A stretch of DNA of 63,997 nucleotides, filler included, from Sanchytrium tribonematis (Eukaryota): the NCBI GenBank assembly GCA_018985235.1. It is 7 parts of 7 records of this genome, joined end to end, with 100 filler letters (N's around TTAATTAATTAA, not from the genome) between each part and the next. Parts side by side here need not be neighbours in the genome. Positions count along the whole stretch, not along the records: positions 53,113 to 59,009 come from JADGIG010000569.1; positions 59,110 to 63,997 come from JADGIG010000666.1; 5 more parts are not named here. One strand, given 5' to 3'. The notes under the pieces were generated by a model. The model was not told the origin of the DNA. It did not search any database and worked only from the letters and a program-made list of their open reading frames with translations. The translations under genes and the position numbers were made by a program. Numbering within the stretch: the first letter of the stretch is position 1; each line of letters begins with the position of its first letter. Positions 54,327 to 63,997 of the stretch are shown piece by piece.

Positions 54327-55394
54327 ATGCATCTCAATTTTAACAAATCTACAGCACCCAAGGACCATCATCTACCCAATGGTAAATTCAAGAACCCATG
54401 GGCATCTGCTGGACCACCACATGCTTTTAAAGATATTTTAAGTATGTTTAAAGAAATCAAATTTAGTGAAATCAACAACTTACCACCATCCAGTGAGACG
54501 ATTCCTCTAGTACCCGTCAATTTCACCAAATTAAATCAAATATCTGATAAAAATGGATATTCAGTGACATGGCTCGGTCATTCATGTTTTTTAATCATTT
54601 GGAATGGTGTCAGAATATTAACAGATCCCGTATTCAGTCAAAGATGCTCTCCATTTTCATTTGCAGGTCCTAAAAGATATACTCAACCACCTTGTAAAAT
54701 CACAGATTTAAAGAATATTGATTTATGTTTAATTTCACATTGTCATTATGATCATTTAGATCAACAAACAATAAAATTAATTGGCAATCAATGCCATTAC
54801 ATCGTCCCTTTAAAAACCACTAAATTACTCAGACAAGTCGGTATTGAAGATGCCAATATTTCTGAAATGGACTGGTTTGACAATTGTGAGATTGAATGGC
54901 AAGGGAAATCACTTAAAGTAACATGTACACCTGCACAGCACTCAACAGCACGTGGTATATTCGATAAAGATGCGTATTTATGGTGTTCTTACGTCATTAG
55001 TGCAAAAGATAAAAATATCTTTTTTGCAGGTGATACTGGATATCGTCGTGTTCCTAGAGATGTAAATGGTGACAAAGTATTAGATTATCCATGTAATCCA
55101 TCATTTAAACAAATCGGTGAGACATTTAAGCAAATGGATGTCTGTTTGTTGCCAATTGGCGCATATTCTCCAAAACACTTCATGTCTCTGGTTCACGTGG
55201 ATCCATTTGATGCTGCTTGCATGTTTAAAGATTTAAATGGTATTAAATTCCATCCTATGCATTATGGCACTTTTAAATTGACCATTGAGCCACATCATGA
55301 ACCACCCAAATTAGCCATTGAAAGTTTACAGCGATTGGGGATTGATACCAAGGTATTTGACGCATTAAAAATTGGTGAGACTCGTGAATATTGA
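54327..55394 (+). CDS. NAPE-PLD/Fmp30-like metallo-beta-lactamase-fold enzyme
   Basis: FKNPW, TWLGHS, LTDPVFS.R.SP, ISH.HYDHLD, FAGDTGY, LPIGAY.P, MHYGTF. Confidence 0.9.
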   Translation: MHLNFNKSTAPKDHHLPNGKFKNPWASAGPPHAFKDILSMFKEIKFSEINNLPPSSETIPLVPVNFTKLNQISDKNGYSVTWLGHSCFLIIWNGVRILTDPVFSQRCSPFSFAGPKRYTQPPCKITDLKNIDLCLISHCHYDHLDQQTIKLIGNQCHYIVPLKTTKLLRQVGIEDANISEMDWFDNCEIEWQGKSLKVTCTPAQHSTARGIFDKDAYLWCSYVISAKDKNIFFAGDTGYRRVPRDVNGDKVLDYPCNPSFKQIGETFKQMDVCLLPIGAYSPKHFMSLVHVDPFDAACMFKDLNGIKFHPMHYGTFKLTIEPHHEPPKLAIESLQRLGIDTKVFDALKIGETREY

Positions 55395-55407
55395 TTAATA
55401 AAGTATT

Positions 55408-56423
55408 TTATTGCAGTATTTTAGCTTTAATTCTATCCAATTTAGATTTATCAAAATCATTGCAAATAGAGTCTCCCACTCTACCAAGTACTTCCTTAAC
55501 AATATCTTGAGAATACTGATTTGCTATATCATATACATAATGCCATAAATGACAGTTTTGAGTAGGCAAACTTGCAACAAGTAGAAATTTCAAAATATTT
55601 GCCACATCATCTCCTTGAATCAACAAACTTGCCAACACGACTACATCTGTAGCAACTTCTTCACTCAATTGATCTAGTTTCAAGCTATACAAAGCATCAA
55701 AATCATCAAAGTTATTCCAATTATAGTTGCCAATCGTAGTTTGCAACAAATTCAAAACATCATTCATTTTTTCCTGCAGGATGTTACCATACACCAATAA
55801 ATGTCTGATTTGATAATCTATTGCCATTTCTATGTTTTGATCATATTTGGTGCTGCCACCGTCACCTAAAGACACCAAATGGGAAATGGCCACAAATTCG
55901 ATTTGATTTTTTGTAGAGACACTTAAAAGCAATTCAATCAATCTATATTCTTGTTTTGTTTTGAAACATTTCTAAATGCTTTCTTGATGGTGCCTAGATT
56001 TAAATGAATTGCAGCTTTAGTGAAATCCACTTTTTTGTTGTTTTGCTCATAAAATGGTCTCAAGTAGTCCAGCATGTAGATGTATTCAAATACATGATCA
56101 ATTAATATACCATGCTCATTCACATATGCCAAGATAGTAAATTGGCTTAATAACTTTAAATACTGATCAAATTTGGGTAATTTAATCAGATTTTTACGAT
56201 TTCCTGGATTTAATACTGTTTCTACGGAATGAATAGTTTTAGTCAACTCATGATTCAATGTTTCTGATAATTTTGATAGGTATGTTGGAATATCCGGTTC
56301 CTCATTGGGAATTCTATTAAAGAGGTTTTGTATTTCATCTTGATTATGAATGATCTTCTTCTCATATTTAGAGAAATAAATGCAATTTAAACAACCCGCA
56401 AATAGAAGAGAAATGAACAGCAT
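55408..56423 (-). CDS. Putative secreted helical protein(s): two ORFs overlapping at 55938-55941, possibly one frameshifted gene
   Basis: MLFISLLFA signal; second ORF has no ATG at the junction and ends at AATAAA. Confidence 0.5.
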
Positions 56424-56636
56424 GTTTTGGGGGAATTATCTCATGATGTGATTGAGATGGGAATGACGAAATGAATTGCAAATTTTGATCAGATGATAAA
56501 TTAAATTCACGTGCATTTTCACAGAAATTACAAAGATTTTTGATTAAGTCTACTGTATATACCAATTATATATTGTCCTATCTACTTTCCCGATTTAATT
56601 GCATTTCAATATATTTTTGAAATAGGGGTGAAACAC

Positions 56637-57044
56637 ATGTTTGCGCTGCGTAGAATCCAATTTCTCAAATTATCTCGCCCATTATTCCAACACAAAACAC
56701 CAGAATCATATAAATATGGTCCAGGTGGTCAACCAGATAAAATTCCAACTGATTTAGAACAATCTACAGGTGCAGAAAGAATTGAATTAATGCATCATTT
56801 ACAGGGTGAAGATCCCTATGATATGAGTGTGACGACATTAAAAACAAAAGGAACAGAAAAGAATCCTGTGATTGTCAAGTCATTGGGAATGAATGATCGA
56901 GTTGTGGGCTGTTATGGCGTTGGAAAAGAGAGACATGATATTATGTGGATCTTTTTAGAAGGTAAACGTATTGGGAGATGTACTGAATGTGGTAATGCAT
57001 TTCAATTGGATGAAGAAGTGGGACAAGATGACCATCACCATTAA
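56637..57044 (+). CDS. COX5B: Cytochrome c oxidase subunit Vb (fungal Cox4)
   Basis: PTDLEQ.TG.ER.E, GT...P..V, R.VGC, W, RC.ECG..F. Confidence 0.92.
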   Translation: MFALRRIQFLKLSRPLFQHKTPESYKYGPGGQPDKIPTDLEQSTGAERIELMHHLQGEDPYDMSVTTLKTKGTEKNPVIVKSLGMNDRVVGCYGVGKERHDIMWIFLEGKRIGRCTECGNAFQLDEEVGQDDHHH

Positions 57045-57060
57045 AAATAAAACAAATATT

Positions 57061-58633
57061 TTATTGAGAATTCAAAGAGTATTGAGGCAAATGCTTTTCT
57101 CTTTTCGTATGGACTGGTGTCTTGACTAGTACCATTCCAATAAGCATGGCATCTATGAGTAAATGAATGCCATAAGTGATCAAGGCATCAAAAGTCAATC
57201 GAATCAATATAGTTTTATGGGAGAAAACAACAGAAATTGAAGAATTATATTCAATTTTGTTAGTTTCCGAGGATCTTGGTAATAGTGTAAATTGAATTAT
57301 GGGGGTCTTGGAGGTTTTTTGATAGAAAATTCTACTTGGAACCACAAAATTGTTATCCGTTTCTGATCTAGTAGATTCTATTTCACTATTCCATAATAAA
57401 ATGGTCGTATCAATTGAAACTGAAAACAAGCTAGTAGTTTCAAATTTAGAAGAGCTGTCAATTGCGTTTGTTGTTTTGAATTGAGATAAGCTATCAATCG
57501 ATATCACTGAACTGGAGTCAACTAATTCTAAATGTTTACAAATTTGCAATAAATTGATTGAATAATTGTAACTCACAGGATTATTATAAATCAAATCGCA
57601 ATATGTCATTGCAGTAATGTCTTGTACAACTACATAATCAAAATTGTTATCTTGAATATCTAAATAAACTGGTTTAGAAATATTTAGTACACCAGAAAAT
57701 GAATTAGTGGAAATATTTAAAATTTTGAGACTGTTTGGAGTATTCAATGGACCACTGAATTGATTTCCATATCATTGAAAGCTATTGATACCATTAGGAA
57801 GTATAATAGACCCGTTTAAATGATTTCCACCTACCATCAAATCATACATTTTGGAATTTATCGTGTTGAATCGCCCATAAATATGACAATTCGTCAAATC
57901 AAAATGATATAATTGACTTGGAAGATCAAATATGGTATATTGATTTGTAGAATAGCCATTTTTCACGGAGAAATATAACATGGAAGTAGGCAAAATTGGG
58001 AATATTCCAGTAAAATGATTCCCATCATAATAGGCCATCATTTGATTTTTTGACAACTTTATAGCACCATTTAATTGAAGTGATTGTGCAGAAAGTATCA
58101 ACAATGAATCTGGCAGAGTAGGTATTTCACCTGTTACTTGAGTAAATGAAATAAACAATGTTTTGATGGAATTTGACAATACTAGACTTGTAAGATTGCC
58201 ACTGATCAGGGTGTAGTCGAAATTGACATAAGTTAGAGCACTTGTCAAATTGTTTTGGATAAGATCTAGTAAGCGCATTTGGAAATCTATCAATGTACCC
58301 ATCTAGTCTATTATTTGACAAATCTAATTTTTGCAACGAATCTGGTAAATTGGTAACATTTCCTGTAACCCGATTTCCATGAATTGACAAATCCACCACT
58401 CCCCTCGGGATATATTGACCCTCAAATATACCAGATAATGCCATACCCTCCCAGTGTATGTATGTGATTGCATTCGAATTACAGATTATACCAGAAATGG
58501 AACCCGTGCAGCAATTGTTTTGGATTTGAGAAAATACAGTTGGATTAGCTTGTTGCATTCCCAAACTAATCGCGAAGTTGAGAAGATTGTCACAATCTAC
58601 CAATGCGAACAAAGTAAAGCAAAATGTCAACAT
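57061..58633 (-). pseudogene. LRR receptor-like gene with a frameshift (about 58265) and an in-frame TGA (57772-57774)
   Basis: Three ORFs give cap, LRRs, stalk and TM; no consensus intron at either break. Confidence 0.78.
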
Positions 58634-59009
58634 TTGTACATTGGGGGCGTCGCTGCTTTTTACAGAAAATTGGGATGACATGATTTGTCAAGCATTAGAA
58701 TGTTCTTTAAATGATAAAATTCAAAATAAACGTTGTTTACTTTAGCTTCTTGACATTATGTTAATTATAATATTCTAATAGCTTGTTCAAAAGTTCAATC
58801 GAGAATTATAATTGAATTGATAGATTAAAAACTTAAAACTTGGAGGAGTGCGCAAATCCCATGATTTCCATTTATTAAATTAATGACTACATTTATTCTT
58901 GCTTAATAATCCTTCTTCACTTCCATTTGGGTGCCTCTAATCGGATGAATCGTATAGGGGTCTTTGTTTAACATGACTGGAGATTCTTCCAAATCAGAAG
59001 TAGAATCTG

Positions 59010-59109
59010 NNNNNNNNNNNNNNNNNNNNNNNNNNNNNNNNNNNNNNNNNNNNTTAATTAATTAANNNNNNNNNNNNNNNNNNNNNNNNNNNNNNNNNNN
59101 NNNNNNNNN
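59010..59109. other. Artificial contig linker
   Basis: N44-TTAATTAATTAA-N44. Confidence 0.98.
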
Positions 59110-59998
59110 GATATAAATTGTTAATTTTCAAGATGGGAGATTTGGTTTGAGTGGCTCGTGGTTTTGTAGAAGATCTTGTTTGAATTACTTCTTTTGTATT
59201 TTCATGATGATGGTTTGTATTCGGAGTATGTGCAATAATTGACAATTCCACATTTACCAGCGTGGATTCAATCAGATATACATTTTCTGCCTTATTTTTC
59301 TTAATTTGTGAATTTCCCTTGATTCGTAATTTCTTCAAATCATTTAATATTTCTTCTTTAGTCTTTGCAATCGCTGGCATATCTTGTTCATTTTCTACGA
59401 ATTCTTTTAATTCATTTATAAAGGAATGCCATCTTTTCCTTGGTGATTTGTTTGCGTACTTTTCACAAAATAATTTAAAGATTTCAATTAATGGTGTATT
59501 CCAAATTTCACCATCCCAATTCTCTAAATCTAATGTATTTTTTAAATTCATTAAATTATTATTATATACTCTAGATACTTTCAGTGAATTGGCTCTTGTA
59601 TTGACAAGTTTCGTCCATTTTGTATAAAACTCATCCAATTCATTTTTTGGCATATCATCAAGAGATGAAAATGCATCATCCGATTCAGGTTCAATCAAAT
59701 GAAGTGCGATAAATAATTGAGTATCCAAATCTGACTTGGATCGAATCCATTCCGTATGATGGCCAATTGTAGTCAATAATTTGTAAATAGCGGTGTTTTC
59801 TTTGGTTTGCATCTTTAATCCAGTGACCATCGATTCCCATGTCTCTACTGGCGGAATAGATGGCGATTCTCTAATGAGCTGTTTCAATAAATCATAAGCG
59901 GGTGTTTGCTGATAACGTTGATCCTCTACATTCAGTTGCGAATGTTTGGTCGTAGAATCCATTGATGGAAATGCAAAGAGAAAGACCAAAAAGATCAT
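59110..59998 (-). CDS. Putative secreted helical protein, 3' partial
   Basis: MIFLVFLFA signal; open to contig edge. Confidence 0.65.
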
Positions 59999-60488
59999 GT
60001 TTTATCCTAAATCATTTAGGAGTTGAATTGAAGTACAAAATAACCCCTTTGAATGTCTTTACCATCTAGCTTGAGCGTATTCGATGTTGGAAACAATACT
60101 TTATCTATCTATTTACCAACAACCCAAATAACAATCATGTAATGCGCTCTATTTTAATGAAAATTTGTTAAGTGGTCAATGCTAGTTCCGTACGCCATTT
60201 ATTTTTTATGTTAATTGGTATGCTTTTAGTGAAATCACCTGCACGCACAAATGTAATGTGTGCATATAAATTAAATCGTCCATTTTGTGTCATCCTTTCT
60301 CAAACTGCCGTCCAACAAGAAAAACAAAAACAACACGGGACATTGAAAACAAATCCCAAGAAATGGTTGCTAATGACGATTATTCCTATTTATGTGCGTC
60401 CAAAGAACTAGCGATTTCTCAAAATCAAGTTAGCGGGTACCATATTTCATCACAATTTGGACTTTTTTTAAAAATTACCCATTTTCAA

Positions 60489-63159
60489 ATGTACGCGCTA
60501 CTTCTCTCTATTTTGATATCTGTCTCACAAGACTGTCCCATACTAGTCCAATTAGCACTAGTTATGGATTTCAAGTATACAAACACGGATTATTTCATTC
60601 AATATGAAAAAGATTGTTGTTTGGGAGTCGGGGTAATTTGTGAAAATAATCTGGTGACAGAGATTCATTGGGGATTTCCAGCAGATCACCTCAAGAATTC
60701 AGTACCAGTTGTCACATTCCCTCCAAATTTACGTGTATTGGACCTGGCAAATATCAAAAAATCAATGATAATTAATGATTTACCAAGTTCATTACAAATA
60801 TTGGATTTAACTTATGCTGAAAATGTAATAGTTGATTTAAAGAAGATTCCTTACTTGAAAGTGCTTCGATTGAAGATTAATAATCTCGACAACAGAGCAA
60901 TCTTGCCAAGATTGCCAGACTCATTGGAAGAATTAAACATCAACTATTTTGGTGACGATTATTTGCCCCTGAACCCTGTCAATTTGATAAAAATTTACTT
61001 TGTATGCATTTACAATGTAAATTCCCCAGATATACTATTTCCCATATTGCCAGATACTATTGAATTTATTACTCTTGCGAATTGTAGAATGTATGGTCCT
61101 ATTGCTGTAGATTTTAAAAGTTTAATAAGCATCAATGTGTATGAAAATAAAATTTCTGGAAATTTAACTATTTCTTCCCCAAATATTACAAAATTAGATT
61201 TGGATGGGAACGAATTTGATAGGCTATTCGTCAAATATCCTGAAAAACTCACATTTTGTAGTAATTATTATAATTATTTCGAGTCCGATAATGAAAGTGA
61301 ATTACAGAAATTGTTACCGTATGGTTGCGGATATAATTTGAAAGCCAGTTCCCCTCCAGAATGCCCAAATATCATTGAATTTGCAAAGCAATTAAATATG
61401 CACAAAGTGGCACCAGATTTGTTTGTCAAATTAGTGAGTGGTCCAAATTGCTGTGTAACATTAAGAAATTATGTTGCTTGCATTAACAACAAAATAGATG
61501 CGCTTTATTTTCAAGATTTGCGATTGAATGGCACCATTAATGGCACTTTACTACCGCCTTCTTTTTATGGACTTTACTTGGGTTTCAACAAGCTGTCTGG
61601 TCCATTTCCTGATTTGAAAATGGTATCTTTAACTTACCTTTCCCTAACTGATAATCAATTAAGTGGAACAATTGACAATAAACTACCAAATGGAATTGCT
61701 TATTTAGATATTAATTCAAACAATTTAAATGGAACAATTCCACTATTTCCTGGTTTGGGATATCTTAGCTTCGCCAATAATAAGTTTAGCAAAATAGATA
61801 ACACTCTGACAGTGAATCAAGATATAGATTTCAGCTTGGAAAACAATAACTTTTATGGAGTTGTAGATTTGTCACATACAAATTCGCGTTATTTATATAT
61901 TCAAAATAATTATATTGAACAAATCATAGTTTCTCAGCCAATCACCATTTCAAATTGCGATATCTCAATGAATAATATTCTACCAGGGAATTTCACAAAT
62001 TTCATGAATTGTAGGCCATATATTCAACGAATTGATGCATCTTCATTGGACTCTTGTAAATATGTTGTGAAAATGTTTCAAAAATTAGGGATTTCTAATC
62101 CATTAATTGAAACAAATTGCTGTCACTCGAGACTTGAATATTACACAACTGTATGTATTGGAAAACAAGTGATTGAATTAAAGATATCTTCTACAAATAT
62201 ATTTAAAACTGTAAATGGATATGCATTTGATGCTGCAGATGTGCCACCATCTCTACAAAAATTGACAATTACTGGTTTATTTAATCAAACTGCCATATTT
62301 CCAAATATGACATCCACAAATCTGACATTTCTGGAAATCAAATCTGCCAATATTGACAAAATATTTATAAAGTCTCCCACATTGCCCAAATCATTGTCCA
62401 AATTGCATATTTTATATTGCAATCTTACTGGTAGTATCATGAATTTACCACCCAGTTTACAGGAATTGCAAATTCAAGGTAATTATTTGACTGGCCCATT
62501 TCCAGTGTTTCCTGTTACTTTAAATAGCATCATACTTGGTGATAAAGCCAAAGAAGGTAATTCATTTAATGACAAGTTGATTTTACAACAGCCATTGTCA
62601 ATAATTTTGGGAAGTACAAATATTTATGATGTATTCATTCAAAACACGAGTTTATTGACAAATTGTGACTTGTCATTCAATCCGCTATTAAATAGTACCA
62701 ATATTGGTAATTATACAATGTGCAAACAATATTATTTGACTCCAAAAATAGACAAATTACAAATTGGCTCTGCTGTTTCATCTATCAATTTGTCTTTCAC
62801 AAATACTGCAGCACAAGAATATACAACAGATTCCACCCAGGATGATTCAAAATCAAGTAATTTGTATTTATTTAGTTGTCACCCGTGTATTTTTCAAAAC
62901 CACCACCAGAGATGTTTCAAATAACTCAGATTTGACTCTAAAAAATGACTGGAGTGAATCATCAACTTCAAAAAACTCAATAACACTCTCTAAATTTCAT
63001 TATAATGTCAAATTATTTGAAATTAATTGGAATTGGCAAATGATTACCCGATTGGAAATCAGTCTTTTGCTGATTGTGAGTTTATTAACTCGTTTAACAG
63101 TATTAAAGAGAAAGAAAACATCAAATAAGCCTCAATCTTTCACAATGGGTGATGTTTAA
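60489..63159 (+). CDS. Three-module LRR receptor-like protein, join(60489-62856,62876-63159), 883 aa
   Basis: Three Cys-capped LRR blocks (DCP..CC, ECP..CC, SCK..CC), stalk, TM, KRKK. Confidence 0.85.
62857..62875 (+). other. 19-nt spliceosomal intron (phase 1)
   Basis: GTAATTTGTATTTATTTAG; joins ectodomain to TM exon. Confidence 0.85.
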
Positions 63160-63578
63160 TAACATATTTAATTGTCTGCCGTCCAACATGAAAAACAAAA
63201 AGATATGGACAATAAAAACAAATCGTAATAAATGGACATCCACAGATACCCAAATAACTTCAACACATAGTTCCAAATGTCGATTATTCCTATTTATATA
63301 CATCCAAAGGGCGAGCAATTTATAAGCTATAAAAATTCGATTATTTTGTTAACAATTGTTTCGAGTACACAATGAGACGGATAAGTCGATTTCTAGTAGC
63401 ATTATAAATATTGAATAGAATACACTCAAGTATTTGAAATGATCTAGGGTATCCAGGTCTTTGAATCTTAAAATAGTCTCTGTGATTGGATATTAATGGT
63501 CTGTATCAGAAATTGGCATTGGATGACAGGGCTATTATAAAGTATTTTACTGCTTCATCTCCATTTTGAGTACCAACA

Positions 63579-63997
63579 ATGATCTATTTGATTCTCTTAT
63601 TTGCATCTCCATTATTATCAAAATTGTTTAATTTTGGATCAAAACCACCAAAACCAGCCGAAAAACAAATCGCTGAATTTATAAATTTTTCGGAATTTTC
63701 TATTAAAGTCAAAGTCGCAACAATGCCATTAGATGATTGGGAAGCAGGATTAGAAGCAGAGGTTGCTAAATTAAAAGTTATATTGAGTCAATCAAAACGT
63801 ATGATGAACAATCCCCGTGAATTGCAAAAGTTTTTAGAAGAACAAGGATACAGTGAGAGAAAGTATAAGGAAACTAAAATCACTTTGAATCATATGGAGC
63901 TCTTTAAAAATGACCCCGAACATAAAAAAAAGCTGGAAACCCGATTTCAAAAATGTGATGAAGAGTTTACTGACGTTAGAGAAACTCAAAAAGATGC
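63579..63997 (+). CDS. Putative secreted protein, 3' partial (not in ORF track)
   Basis: MIYLILLFASPLLSKLF... open for 139 codons to window end. Confidence 0.7.
   Translation, partial: MIYLILLFASPLLSKLFNFGSKPPKPAEKQIAEFINFSEFSIKVKVATMPLDDWEAGLEAEVAKLKVILSQSKRMMNNPRELQKFLEEQGYSERKYKETKITLNHMELFKNDPEHKKKLETRFQKCDEEFTDVRETQKD

Noticed and set aside
7334..57774. Stop-codon reassignment suggested by in-frame TAA (7334) and TGA (57772)
   Set aside because: Only seen in LRR paralogues; conserved genes have no internal stops and end in TAA, TAG or TGA
5966..59109. Six identical TTAATTAATTAA elements flanked by Ns, and ORFs ending ...XXXLIN
   Set aside because: Artificial six-frame stop linkers; gene order across them carries no biological meaning
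96..63318. Many 60-120 aa antisense or alternate-frame ORFs and TTG/GTG-start extensions in the ORF track
   Set aside because: Shadows of real genes with no motifs; ATG starts fit the upstream motif better
1..63997. CRISPR arrays, rRNA, tRNA, transposase or reverse transcriptase genes
   Set aside because: None recognised by eye; small RNA genes in intergenic stretches such as 58700-58900 or 60000-60480 cannot be excluded without covariance-model searches

Overview
An AT-rich, extremely compact eukaryotic nuclear genome, not prokaryotic. The window is seven separate contigs joined by 100-bp N/TTAATTAATTAA/N linkers (1-5965, 6066-12022, 12123-18034, 18135-47007, 47108-53012, 53113-59009, 59110-63997). 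Gene content (CBM18-chitin deacetylase, nuclear ATP1, complex I subunits, TOM20, PEX1, ATM, RACK1, UPF1) points to an early-diverging, probably zoosporic or parasitic fungus using the standard code; Sanchytriomycota is a guess. Main result: most 'split' ORFs are joined by ultra-short spliceosomal introns, nine of exactly 19 nt and two of 20 nt. All read GTA...YTNAYNNAG with an invariant A 6 nt from the 3' end. The only long intron found (98 nt, RACK1) has the same 3' geometry and appears to carry a U24/snR24-like C/D snoRNA. Other miniaturisation signs: 3-60 bp intergenic gaps, stop codons fused with AATAAA, an orientation-independent CTCCYT/ARGGAG motif just before start codons, ~8-12-residue signal peptides, and shrunken ATM and PEX1. 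Accessory content includes four LRR receptor-like genes (two disrupted), a broken MLKL-like/kinase/Sel1 gene and bacterial-type GNAT, aminotransferase and DinB genes. All calls come from reading motifs by eye; no searches were run.
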